A DNA stretch of 64,000 nt from the human T2T-CHM13v2.0 reference genome, Homo sapiens: NCBI RefSeq assembly GCF_009914755.1, contig NC_060942.1. One strand, given 5' to 3'. How positions within the stretch are numbered: the first letter of the stretch is position 1; each line of letters opens with the position of its first letter. Positions 1 through 14,495 of this stretch are shown here, piece by piece. Below the pieces are notes generated by a model. It saw only the letters and a program-made list of their open reading frames with translations. It was not told the origin of the DNA and made no database searches. A program made the position numbers and the translations under genes.

Positions 1-538
1 TCTTAGCTTTTTACCCGTTGCAGAATCATTCTTCTCAAAAGTACAAAGGTAAAGCCTTTCTTCGACCTACTCTGTATCTTAATCAGATGTGTTGCTTTGG
101 GTACCAAATTCCTCTGTGATACCAAAAAGACAAATGGAAATATTAGTGAAAAAAGTTTTAGAAGTGAGTGACTCTGATGAACGGCTAATATGCATTTCTA
201 AGTGAGATTGTTTCCAACTCTTCGCTTTCAACTAAACAAAAGAAGAGCTTAAAACAAGTTGCTATGCACAGATTATTAAATAATTATGGCTGATAGAGTA
301 TTGGCATAATTTATGGCATAAAACTAGGAAAGAATTAAAATAGTGCGGTAAAAAGGCCCAAATACAAGTTTCTCAATTCCTAAATATTTATCTATGTTGA
401 TTAATTTTTATTTAAGCTTCATATTTCTTATTAAAAGGAAGGAATTACATTATATTATGTCTGGAAAGAGAATGAGGGCAACTCCCATGTATTTCTGTTC
501 TTAGTGATTTTTAGAAGGTATAGAAAATGATCTGATCT

Positions 539-648
539 GGCTGCTCATGGTAGTGTGCCTTTAATCCCAGCAACCTGGGAGGCTGAGGCAGGAGGATCAC
601 CTGAGGCCAGGACTTTGAGCCCACCTTGAGCAACACAGTGAGACTCCA

Positions 649-714
<66 letters not shown>

Positions 715-822
715 AACACACACATATATACATATATATACACATACACACAGATACACATACACATATACGTATATGTGTGTGTGTATATATATATACT
801 TTTTTAAGTAAAGAAAGAAAAG
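539..822 (+). mobile_element. FLAM-type free Alu monomer with tail converted to a compound microsatellite
   Basis: Single Alu arm 539-652 (TAATCCCAGC...GGGAGGCTGAGGCAGGAGGATCAC...GTGAGACTCCATCTC). 16-bp TSD AGAAAATGATCT(G/A)ATC at 522-537 and 823-838. Confidence 0.85.
649..798. repeat. Compound microsatellite (TC)n(TA)n(CA)n...(TG)n(TA)n
   Basis: Directly visible dinucleotide runs. Confidence 0.97.
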
Positions 823-1060
823 AGAAAATGATCTAATCAGCTTCAATGGCTAATGTGAAGAAACATTCATGGGAGGTAAATAACCTCATGGCATCACAGG
901 ACAAGTGATGGAATGCCCCACTGAGTGGGTGATGAGGTGTTGTGTCTGACATTTGCAATGGGAGAGGATTTCCCCTTTGCGGGGATCCTTAATACAGCAC
1001 GATTTTTTATAGAGTTGAGTAGTATTTGGAGAAAAGCAAGACCATTATGTACCCAAAGAC

Positions 1061-1232
1061 CAGGACCAACTATATAATTCATGGGGCCCAGGCAAAATGA
1101 AAAGGTTGGAACTTTGGTTCAAAATTAAGAATTTCCAGATGGCAAAGCAGAACACTCTATGAAGTGCAGGGCGCTTCTAAGCATGAGGCCCTGTGCAATT
1201 GGAAAGACAGCATTTCCATGAAGCTGCCACTG
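1061..1232 (+). mobile_element. MER45A (hAT-Tip100 MITE)
   Basis: CAGGACCAACTATATAATTCATGGGGCCCAGGGCAAAATGAAA...CCATGAAGCTGCCACTG follows the MER45A consensus end to end, with CAGG/CCTG-type termini. Confidence 0.8.
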
Positions 1233-3220
1233 CCAGAGACCCTCACATCAGGAGAGCCCACCATGATGAAATTAAACTTGCCAAAAGTAGGATGAGACCA
1301 GGGACATCTCCCTACTGCCAGTTCCTGTGGTCAAGTAAGTACACCTCTGCTGCCTCTATCCTGACATCTAGCCACCAATCCTGCAGAGATTACTGCCCTG
1401 AAGAGAAAAGGGTGGGGGATGGGGGAATTCTTTCAGGGCCATGCCATGCCTGTTCCTTCCTCTTTACCAGCTTGTGGAGCTTAGTGCATTATTAGCCTGC
1501 ACAGTGAGAAGAAGAAAATGAGCTTGACCATTGTTTGAGGTAGATATTTTTATCAACTGAAAAAAAAAACGGAGTCTTAAATATTACACTGGGCCCATGT
1601 AATGATACTAACTGAAAAATATATGGCATCTTGCAAAAATGTAATTAACAGACCCACTAATTAATGGGAAAGGGGAAACTGATAAAGGAAAGTCCAGCTG
1701 AACTACAGGAAGCAATAATACAATTTGATGCATATGCATAAAAGAGCTGAGCCTCCTCAATAAAGTAATCACCTAAGTACGCTTATAGCTATTTTGGAGG
1801 TAAAGTAAGAAAACCCAAAAGATAATAGGCAGATAGAGGCAGGAGAGATGATGAGGTGTGGGGGTATTAGAGGCATCACAAGAAAGAGCATTTAGATTGG
1901 GTGATGTGATCAGTTATAGGCAGATATTTTATTTACAGTTAATTACAAAATGGTAAATCAGCCAAGGAGATTTTAGTTTTAAAATTAATATCTAAAGTCA
2001 AAGCTATAGATGATGGATAAAAATAAAACTATCTTTCAGAATACAATTCAGAGCTTGCATAATTCATGATTTTTCATAAAAAGATTGAAGGTAAGAGCAG
2101 CATGTTTTCTTTTGTGTTTCATGCTCGCCTGTGATGTCAAAATAAACTGGGAGTGAAGATCAGGGACCAGTTCGACAGACTCTCAGATGGGCCTCCTGGA
2201 TATGGGAATATAACCCAATAGATAATAAGGGAATGAAAGACACAGGGAGAAAAGGCAATGCTTGGAAATAAAAATGGTGATGACTTCAGGGAAGAGCAAT
2301 TGAGTATAACTGTGTAAATGACACAGTGGAAGTATGCTGCTAATTTTCCCCTGCTGCACATATAAATTATGCAGAGAACATTGGATTGGTAGCTTCTCTG
2401 TAGTGAAAACTGTCTATTCGCTTTCAGGGCCTGGCAGAGGTGAAAGCAGTGGTGAAAGGAATTAGCATGCAATGAAGAAAGAAGGAACATAAAAAATTAC
2501 GTATATCACAGAGGATCCTGGAAGACTACAAAATATAAACATGCAACCTGACAGTCATATTAGGGAAGATACACATTTCACTTAACCTGGGATTTCAGGT
2601 TGGCAGGTATAATAAGAAGCTCTTTAAATAATTAACAACTTTAGCTAATTGCTGGTTCATAATGAAGTTAACGGGTCTTAGCTGATGTTTTATTTGCAAG
2701 CTTTAATAAGGCTTACTTAAACCCTTTATTTTTTCTTAAAAAATTGCCAGCAATGCATAAGAAAGGCAATAATGTACAGAACACTGGCAAATAAATGTCT
2801 GCAAGACTTATGTGGCCTCTTGACAGTAGCTTTGACATATATTTTTCATGTTTTAGAATGATAAATGCAACATCTTCTTGGAGCATAATTTGCTAAAAAA
2901 AAAAGAGAGACAGATGAGGAATGCAAAATGTCCAGGAAAGCTGCTTGTCTGAGGTTACTGCTAGGTTTTTACTTTTTACAAAACTTTGGTTTGGTTCACG
3001 CTCCCTAGTTGCTTTTTCTTAGTGGAAGTAGAGGTGTATGTTAAACATTGAGAATATTATAAACACTTCACAAAAGAGGCTATTATTTCCTGAAAGTGAT
3101 TCTTTGATTCTTTATATAAAAACATTTGCTAACTACTATATATAAAGCAGAGGGCTATGTTACCTCTATCCAACAGAAATGTAATGAGAACTCTAAATGA
3201 AAGACATTTGTTCAGGGGAC

Positions 3221-3640
3221 AGTAGTCTGATGCAGGCCTTACTGGGCTAAAATCTAAGTGTCGGGAGGGCTACACACCTTTCTGGAGGCTATAGGGAAGA
3301 ATCTGTGTTCTTGCCTTTCCAACTTCTAGAGATTACCAACATTCCTTGGCTCATGGCTCACTCCCATCTTCTAAACCAGCCATGATAGGTTGAGTCTTTT
3401 GCACAAGGAATTACTCCAACTCCTCCTCTTTCTCCCTTTTCCACTTTTAAGGATCCTTGTGGTTACACTGGGCCCAGTAGATAATCCAGAGTAATTTCCT
3501 TATTTTAAGACCTGTTAATTATCAATTTTAATTCCATCTGTGACCGTAATTCTTTCTTGATATGTAATGTAACATATGCAATGGTTCAAGGAACTATGAC
3601 ATGTGAACATCTTAAGGACTCACTATTCTACCTATGCATA
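3221..3640 (-). mobile_element. MLT1D-like MaLR LTR (partial)
   Basis: TTCCACTTTTAAGGATCCTTGTGGTTACACTGGGCCC..GATAATCCAG and AATTCCATCTG match the reverse complement of the MLT1D 5' half. Confidence 0.8.
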
Positions 3641-4331
3641 TAAGGTATTGTATATTCTATTAGCACTACTGTGAGGATTAAAAGAAGCACTTTGAAGAGG
3701 GCCTGGCACATAATAATAGAGGTAATATTATGATAGGTAGTGGGAATGAATGGGGCACCATGCTTGGTTTTATGCTATTCTGCAGCCATCTTGAAACACT
3801 AAATAATTTCATCTTTGAACTGGTGTTTTATTGAAGTCCTATGGGAAAAGAGAGCCTGTGTGTGAGCAGAGAAGATATGCACAAAACACATGTACACAAC
3901 TTTTTTCCATGCATTTCCCACATAGCATTTGCAATATGTCATGATCCCAGAATTTTGGTAGACCCACAATGCATGAAAGTACAGCCTGACTTAAAGTGAA
4001 TGTAAAATAATCATGTTACTTGTGTTTACAACTGTGTATAAGTGCAGAAGCTGGCAGCCAAGAGAGGCCACACTCTCCATATGGACCAAAACTTTCTTCA
4101 ATCATAAAAAGGCATAATGACTCCAAGATACACAGATGACAAAGGAACAACATCATATCCTTTCTTACTCATGTTACTTGCCAGGTATTAGCAAACCACT
4201 AACACTATAAATGATGACACAGGAAGCAGTGGAAATAAAAGATAACACATAGTTCCTATTTTTCTCAATCCTTTCCTTACTCATCCATAAGAGGACGGTA
4301 GAGAATGTTAATATAATATATGTGTCTATCC

Positions 4332-6082
<1,751 letters not shown>

Positions 6083-6339
6083 TAAAACTGACGTACAATA
6101 TAACGACAGATGATAGCTGTCATACTAATAATTTAAAATTAATTTTGCTTTCTTAGAATCATATTAAATCTCAAATTAAAAATAAGTTGAGAAAGAGGAC
6201 ACAAAAGAAAGAAAAATACTTTATATTTTAATACCTTTAACAGTGCTTTTTATTGCTTTTTGAACAAGTAGCGTTGCATTTTCATTTTGTACTGGGCCTT
6301 GCAAAATATGTGGCCAGCCATGCATGAGAGGTGTGGAGT

Positions 6340-6450
6340 TAGATCACATTGAGAATTCCAAGTCTCCCTCCTGCTAGTTATGTAACCTTAGATTAATTGT
6401 TTAAACTCTTTGTGCCTTCGCTTTCCTCATAAGGGAAATGAAGACTTGAT
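6340..6450 (+). mobile_element. MIR fragment
   Basis: CTAGTTATGTAACCTTAG...CTCTTTGTGCCTTCGCTTTCCTCAT...GAAATG core. Confidence 0.6.
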
Positions 6451-6509
6451 AGTGGTTTAGTACAAAACAATTTGCTTACTCCACATGTTGTACTTAGAAT
6501 ATTATCTGC

Positions 6510-6630
6510 CTCACACTGCCAGAATGTAAGCTACACAATAATACGGTTGTTGTCTACTTTGTCCAAACATCTAAAACCATGTCTGATGCGTAATTGGAGG
6601 TCAATAAATATTTTTTGGAGGAATCAATGC
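6510..6630 (+). mobile_element. L2 3' end fragment
   Basis: AGAATGTAAGCT...TCAATAAATATTTTTTGGAGGAAT, typical of the L2 terminus. Confidence 0.55.
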
Positions 6631-6647
6631 GCTCAGCAAACTAGATC

Positions 6648-6818
6648 ATTAGTTCTCAAAACTGGCCAGGCTAGCAGTACACTTTCTATTAAATGTGGAT
6701 TTCTGGACCTTATATTCACAAGTTCCAGATTCACTGCGTTTTTAGCAGAACCCAGAAATATAAATTTTAAAAATCTCCCTGGATAATTTTAATGGATTCC
6801 GGGTTTGGAGGCCATTGG
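6648..6818. mobile_element. MER5-family hAT-Charlie MITE
   Basis: GTTCTCAAA...GGATTTCTGGACC...CCCAGAAAT...TTTTAAAAATCTCCCTGG...GTTTGGAGGCCATTG architecture. Confidence 0.6.
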
Positions 6819-7406
6819 AATTTTAACGCACTTCCACATTTCTATGCTTTTCCTTATCCTAATCCTTCTGCCTGTTTTTCTCATTTATTTTCTTGTTATG
6901 GTGAAATTATAGGTATTACCTTGTGCCAAGCTCCTCTTGTCCATGTTCTAGGACAATGGAATGCATAATTCATTTGAATATTTTATTGTGAAAGCTTGTT
7001 GTGAACACTGAATGTTATAAAAAGGCCAGGTAAACATTTTGTACATATTTTATACCCAAATGACCTAACACATAAAGGTATCTCAAATGGTTACTGAATA
7101 AATTATTAATTGCCAAATTCAGTGCTCTGGAGAAGGTCCAGTGGAATGAAATTTGAAGGCAGGACTAACAACTGAGATGATATGCAAAACTTCTCATTTG
7201 AAATAAAAGTTGAGGCTGCTTTTATGTTACAATAGTATGTTGTATTGAGAACAGCAAACTTGATCCAGGGTTCTGTTGGGTGTGTATGTGTGATATATTT
7301 TGATAGTTGTTTGGCGTCTGGGAGGCATTTGACTACTATTGCTGTCACTTTTAAAGGAAACTTAACTACTGAATATGCCTATGAAAGATAAATAAAGAAG
7401 GGGTAG

Positions 7407-7824
7407 TGTATTCATTCATTCTAGCATTGCTATAAAGAAATATCTGAGACTAGGTAATTTATTTTTAAAAGAGTTTAATTGGCTCATAGTTCTACAGGCT
7501 GTACAAGCATGGCAGCAACATTGCTGAGCTTCTAGGGAGGCCTCAGGGAGATTTTCCTCATGACAGAAGGTGAAGCCGAAGTAAGTGTCTCAATGCCAAA
7601 AGCAGGAGCAAGAGAGAGAGGTGGGAGGCGCCACGCAGTTTTAAACACCAGATCTCTTGAGAACTCACACACTACCATGAGGACAGCACCAAGAGGATAC
7701 TGCTAAATGATTCATGAGAAATATGCCCCATGATTCAACCACCTTCCACCAGGCCCCACCTGCAACATTGGGGATTAAAATTCAAAGTGAGATTTTGCTG
7801 GGGACACAGATTCAAACCATATCA
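7407..7824 (-). mobile_element. MSTA-type MaLR solo LTR
   Basis: TGTATT...GCATTGCTATAAAGAAATA.CTGAGACT...AAACCATATCA termini. Perfect 5-bp TSD GGTAG (7402-7406, 7825-7829). Confidence 0.92.
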
Positions 7825-9094
7825 GGTAGCAACCTGGAGGGTGGGTTAATGTCGCTGTAATGTTGAAGTCTAGCATATCCATATCAGAAAAAAATAGATT
7901 TGGAAATGAGCATACAACTTTAAATAAAGTTTCATCAGGGGGAATAATAGCTTCGGTATCATTTTATAATTGTATATTCAGCTAGAATGTATGCGCTTCT
8001 GTTCCGTGCCGTAAGGACATTTTGTTTTATAATAATAGAGAGTTATAATATTATTCTTATATTCAAGGTATTAAGGGGCCACCTCCATATTATGTGAGAG
8101 ATGAAAGACCAACTCTGCCCCAACATATGTGACATCGATTTGCAGAGCACATTACCAAAAATTCTATCATCAGGAATCATATTTCGAGATTAAGTCCCAA
8201 AATACTTCACTTGATATATCACTAATACATCAGTGAGAATTAGGTAAGTTAGCAGACTCTAATAAATCCTTTCGAAGGTTTTCTTTCTGCCATTATAGAT
8301 TAGGAGAGATCCAAAGGCACGGGCTGCCAGTGAAGCCCTATTTAAGCAGAGAAGGAGGATCAGAAACGAAAAAGTACTGCAGATAAACTGCATCTCCTGC
8401 ACAGTCATACTTGGTCTGGGACCTGTTATAGATTTGCTAACATAGAGTGGACCTTCAGTGCATTTCTGCTGTACCCAGTCTGAATAGATTTAATTATGTA
8501 GACAACTGTGGGACATGCCTGCATCTGTGACCACTGCAGCTATTATATTTGATTTCATTCAATAGTAAAAAGGGAGAGTGGAAGAGAGCATAAATCCCAT
8601 TGTTTTGCTTCCCTTGTGTATACGCAGCTGTATTGGCAGCGGCAAAGGTAGTCCGAGGGAGAGCTTTTCTTTTGACCAAATGTCACTATTACTTAAATAG
8701 ATCATGAACAGTGCAGCACAATTGGAGAGACATAGTTTCCCAGTGAGTGAGCCTTGTAATAAGAAGCAAGGTCCCTGCAGACTTCTCCAAATTAACTAAA
8801 CAAAGAAAGATGTCATAGATACTACCTAATACAATACCAGGTGGACTTCCTGCAGCTAAAAGGGAGGGCCCTTACAGGCACAGTTCTGGCAGAAACACAA
8901 GTCTTTCAATCAGATATACAGCTGCTGAGACCAAGTGAAATTATGCATGAACACTGAAGGAAAAAAAAAGCAATACTGCCTGGTGAATTCAGAGAGCATA
9001 GACTTCACTCCTTGCCCTCATCCCCCGCACCATGCTGACCCCTGGCTGTATAACAAATAAATCAATGTGATATTTCCAGAAAAGGAATGGGCCA

Positions 9095-9285
9095 GATGCT
9101 TGTCCTAATTCTTCCATGCTGACCTTGGGTAAACTTCATGACCTTTCAGTGTCTCATTTTTCTTACCTGAAAATTCAGATTACAGATCTTGCCCTGATTA
9201 ACATTCAGGGTTGATTAAGAACCAAATGAGATTCTGCATATGAAAAAGCTAGAAAAAGAAATAAACCATTATACAAATGCAAGGT
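9095..9285 (+). mobile_element. MIR (MIRc/MIR3-like)
   Basis: TGACCTTGGGTAAAC...CTCATTTTTCTTACCTGAAAA...AAATGAGAT...TATACAAATG. Confidence 0.65.
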
Positions 9286-11135
9286 CAGCTGATATGAAAG
9301 AATATCCTTATAGTTTCTGGGGTTAATTACTCTGATCCCTGATTTTAAAGAAAGAAAGGTACTTGGTCAGCGATATGCTAATGACTTTCTCACAGATTGT
9401 CTGAAGTGGTATTCCTTTAAAATTTTCGGTTAACTGTCTTGTTCAATCAGTTAAAACTGCTGGAGTTATATAGAGACATGGCCTAAAGAATAGGTCCCCA
9501 TGACCTAAAACTATAAGGCATAACTTATGTCATATATCTATGTTATAGCATATGGCTGTATACATTCTAATTCCCAGTAAAAATCTTAGGGTTGAAAAGA
9601 ATAATTTGTTATGTGTTTAATGAATCCTACATCTGATTTTAGTAAAAATTACATTTGAATTAATCATTAAGCAGTTAGCACAGAAGAAACATGATCACCA
9701 CCCAGTTTATAAAACTGAGAGAGCTAGTTTAGATCCCAGACATTGGAGATACATGTGACAAATCCAATAGAGGCCAGATAGCTTATGGCATTGGTTCTGT
9801 AATGACTAAATTCTGAGAGTTTTACTCTTCCATGAATATGTGAGGTGGCAATTGTTAGCCTTGTTAAACCTGGTTGCTTAGAGACAGCTGACTGATTAGA
9901 AGATAGTTGCTATCTGCGTCTATAATTATTGTGATTACTATTACTGTGGTAGCCCTCAGTGGGATCCTGAAAATGGTAATATGGTGTAGCATTTCACAAA
10001 CTTAGGCCTATAAAAACTCAATATATATCCCAGTAAAAAAGATTTATAATGTTCCTTCCTTGCCATTTCAATGGGCTCATTTAAAGAATAATACAATTAT
10101 TCGCTCTCAGCTTATATAGTTGCTTCCTTTCAATTCTATTATGAAATAGAATCAGAGGTTATTACCAACAATGAGCAGAGGAAAACAAAACCCTTCTGAG
10201 AAAGGAATATCAAAGATTGATCCTGCTCGGGTCTCAATCTCATAATTGAGTAAATAGCAACTTAAAAAAATCCCAGAGTGAGAAACACTGAGGCATTTTA
10301 TTTCACTTGTGATCATATTAGTGAGTAATAAATAGCATGAAAATAGATTACATTTTTATTTATTTATGCTGAAGCTTAGGACAGACTCACCAAAATTGGC
10401 CCTGTGAGGATACAGTCTGTGTTGGTTTGAAGCAGGAGTTTAATCATATCTGTTTTGTCCCTCAAATAAATGAAGTAATAACAAACAAAGGCAGTACACC
10501 TGCCTCATGTTGTTGCATATACACCAGCCACGAAAAAAAAAAAATTGTGACTAAGAGCCACAGGCACTGGTGCAGCAATTACAGTGGAAGAGAAAAGGGT
10601 TTATAGTCAACTGTGGAGACAAGGTAACAGAAACCAGGCATCTCCTGTTCTCCAGTTATCACAGCATACATTCCTAGCACAATGCCCTTATATCCCACCT
10701 CCGGTGGGTGTAGGATCTTGTTTAAGGTTTCTTTCTGAGAAACCAGATACAGTGCATATTTGACACTGTTGATGATGATATTGACATGGAAGGTGTATAC
10801 ATACACTATTGCCCTGTTCTGAACTCTTTCTTTACTATTTATCTTTCTTAAAGTTAGTTTTGCCTAGGATATGTTTTTCATTCTTAGAAACTTTATTTCA
10901 CTCACGACACACTACAACTTGTAGCAGGTTCTTGGCCAGTTGCAAGAGCTATGCACAGAATATTTTGGAGGAACTGTATATTGTTTTAAGGTGCATATTG
11001 TCTGATTAAACAATGTCTCATTTCTTATCCTCATACCTGTCCCTAAATTCATCCTATATATGCAATGAGATTGTAGAAAAATAAATACATCACTTAAAGG
11101 ATTTTGACACACTCATCTGAAAGTCTACATAATTG

Positions 11136-11522
11136 CAGTCATGCACAGAATAATAATGTTTCAGTCAACTACAGATACAAGAGTGGTTCCATAATATTAT
11201 GATGGAGCTGAAAAATTCCTATCTCCTAGTGATGTCATAACTGTTGTAATGAAGTTGGGCAATACATTATTTCTTCTATTTTTAGATATTAGATAGACAA
11301 ATTGTTATAATTGTGTTACAATTGCCTATGATATTCAGTACAGTAATACACTGTACATGTTTGTAGCCTAGGAGCAATAAGCTGTAGCATATAGCCTAGG
11401 TGGATCGAATGCCATACCATCTAGGTTTGTGCAAGTGCATTCTATGATGTTCTCACAAAAATGAAATCACCTAACAATGCCTTTCTCTGAACTTGTCGTT
11501 GTCATTGAACAATGCAAGACTG
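11136..11522 (+). mobile_element. Tigger3/MER7-family TcMar-Tigger deletion derivative
   Basis: CAGTCATGCA...TGCAAGACTG terminal inverted repeats (TIRs) followed by TA. Internal TTTGTAGCCTAGGAGCAATA and CCATCTAGGTTTGTG diagnostics. Confidence 0.85.
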
Positions 11523-14034
11523 TAAATGCTGTGCTTTATATACCAATATAGAAACTATTTCTGGCAGTAATTCAGACATCCTAGACCCTAGGGATAGGGA
11601 TGGATTTGTGAGGACCCACTTTTATTCTGCCTGGTTCTGAACCTGTAGATATAGAGAGCTCTTTCCAGGTCACAAGGACAGCATTTAGCAAAAAAGAGTG
11701 CTCATATTTTATAGCTAATTTATGGGATTTCTCTCCTTGCCCTTTGATTACAGATCTTTTCTGGTCTCTCTCTCAAAACATCTTGTCCTTATCTGATTAC
11801 AGTGGCTCTTTTCCTCTTTGAATACAGTATTTGACTTTGTTTTGTAGTTATGATTTGCAGTTGTCTCTTGAAAGACTGGAGCTAAGAGAACAGCCACTAA
11901 GCCCTTCTACACTGCACTGTAAAAATATTGCTCCTGCTAGGTTCAGCCCAGCTCCTGGAAGAAGGATCGAATGACGCATTTTTGCCATTCCTCCTTGTGG
12001 TCAAGCGAAATTAACTGCAAGACTGCTGGCTTGGTTGGTGAATACCTAGCAGCCAGGAAAAACAGCAATGGTAAATAAGTGTATGGTTTTATTTCATCTT
12101 GTATCACGGGACTCTGAGCAACTAATGAAAATTGAGGATCCACTTTGGCTAGATCAGTACGTATTTCAAATAATTGTAATTAAAATGTAATATGGAGTGA
12201 ATGCAGAAAGAGAAGAGTTGACCGGAATCAGGGAATCTTCTGACACCTTTGTTTCCTCATTAAATTGATTTATCCACTCTAGAGGTGGTCTAAGAAGAGA
12301 TATTCTCCTCACCCTCAGGGGCACAATAAGGAAAATAATTCAAAAACACATAGGTTTTCAAGATTTCTAAAAGCAATTTTAAATGTTTTGTTCATAAGAC
12401 AATATGTGGCCATTTAGACAAAGATGATTTCTCAAAAATAAATGAATGGTATAAAAATAACCCATAACCCCGATATACAGAGAGTAACAGGGAACCGTTT
12501 GGTATTTATTGTTCAACTTGTTTATTTGTTACCCAAAACTTCATTAGATAGCAATAACAATTTGAAAAAAAGACTCCTGTATAATACCAATTGTATCCTT
12601 TCTAAATAAAAATATTATTGATTTCCTTTCTCTTAATATGCCCCTTAATCTAAGGTTTGACTTTCAGATTGTAATTAGTAAACTGTGTTGATTATTTCAA
12701 TGTTAAATTATTAGTAACAGTTAATTGGAATTCTAGTTGCCAAAAAGGTGAACAATATATTAATCACAAATTCCAGAAGTAACTTTAATTTGATGTTGCT
12801 ATTGATATCAACATAACAAAAACTTTTTATATTACATATTGTTCATCTGTATAATTTCCTCATCTCCTGGAGGTTGTCAAATTGTGATTCCTAGTGACAA
12901 TATTAATTTGCCTCTAACAATCAGAATTTATAATGCTATTAACATAAATATGAAGAGCTATGTTAGATCTGTCAGCATTGAGAATCACATTTTCTTTGCA
13001 TGTTACATATTTTTTCATATATCTATAAGACTTATTTAATGAGACTCTTATGCAAACATGTTATAAAATGATCAGAAAAACTACTCTCAACATAGCACTT
13101 TTATCTTTTAACTGTCATAAATATCAAGTTGAATCCATATCTACTAATTAAAATTGTTCTGCATACCTAAACTGAAAATTATCACAAAATTATATGCTTG
13201 TAAAATTATTTTAATTACACATATGATTTATTTGTGATATAGCTCATTAAGAGGGTTCACATAAATAATAAAAGTAACAAAACTAAGGAAGATTTTATTT
13301 TGGTAAGATAGATTTTTGGAGGGGGGGGCATTTGCCCCTTGTTATAGACATAAACATAGCATCCAGGTAGTTTAGAATATCTTCTTGTTGTCAAATAATA
13401 CATTGAAATTTTTGTCTCTGAAGAATTCCTAGGATACAGAGAATGGCCACCTGTGTCTGGGTTGGAGGCCATACTGCACCGAGCCAGCCAGACTGTGTAT
13501 TCAGTTATGAGGTGTTTCTGGCAGCTTCCTGGACTCAGAATAATAACCTAGTAACTGTCATTTCTCCTTCAAAGTGCCATTCCTTTTTATACCGAAGGCT
13601 TTTGGTCATCTTACTAATTATAACATAATAGAATCATCTTAATCTCCTAGTACTACATAACTTAGTTTTCTCTTTGCATTTTATTAGGGATTGGCAAAAA
13701 TTGACCATTCATGATGTTTCCTATATAACAAGACTAGAAATTCATAATGTAGATCCAAGTGTAATCTTTTCATTTTCCTAAGTGCTGAATCCTACACCCT
13801 ATTAATTTAAAGTAGAACATTTCCTGCCTCTTCAACACTGGTTTAATGCTCAAGTAATAATTTTAAAGCTAGTGTGTGGGCATCACAATTGTGTCTTTTC
13901 TCAAACCTACATAAATGCAGAATGAACTCTGATTGCCTATTGGGTTATCTTTTCGGTACATAGAAAAAAATAGATTAAACTCAAAGTATTTCCTAGTCAC
14001 ATGTTCCTAAGGCAGGGTGTTCATGCATATGTGT

Positions 14035-14345
14035 GTATTTATTTAACCAGTGATTTATCATAAAATTCATACTTTTAAGTGCCTACTCTGTTTTAAGCAT
14101 TAGGCTAGGCCTCAGGGCTGTAAAAATCAGAATTGACACCACAATACCTGTTTGGAAGGAGCTTCCAGTTTATCATAAGAAATAGACTGTCAATCAAACC
14201 CTCTCTGGATGAGCAAGGAAAGACTTCAGAGAGGAGGTAAACATTTTAGTAGATGTTCAAAAGATCAATGGGAGTCATCCAGACTGATAAGGAGGTGGAG
14301 GTTTCACCAGGTACAGAGACAATCATGCCTGAACATTTTGGAGAG
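14035..14345 (-). mobile_element. L2 3' portion
   Basis: AAGTGCCTACTCTG...GGAGCTTCCAGT...GGAAAGACTTCAGAGAGGAGGT antisense L2 motifs. Confidence 0.6.
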
Positions 14346-14419
14346 AGAAAGTAGATTGAGTCCTGAAAACCTTAATATCCCCAGAAGAATCAATACATTT
14401 TAGAGATGCAGGTGTGGTG

Positions 14420-14495
14420 CTTTCAAGTTAAGTGATTTCCTGAGGTCACATTGTTATCCAATAACACAGTAGGAGTGAATCCCAGGATTTCTGAT
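14420..14495 (-). mobile_element. MIR fragment
   Basis: GTTAAGTGATTTCCTGAGGTCACA...GAATCCCAGG. Confidence 0.5.

Noticed and set aside
511-846. ORFs rich in YI/CV/ER repeats
   Set aside because: Translations of the microsatellite and FLAM.
13257-13472. Minus-strand ORF with acceptor-like TCTCTGTATCCTAG
   Set aside because: No matching donor or recognisable protein; consistent with chance.
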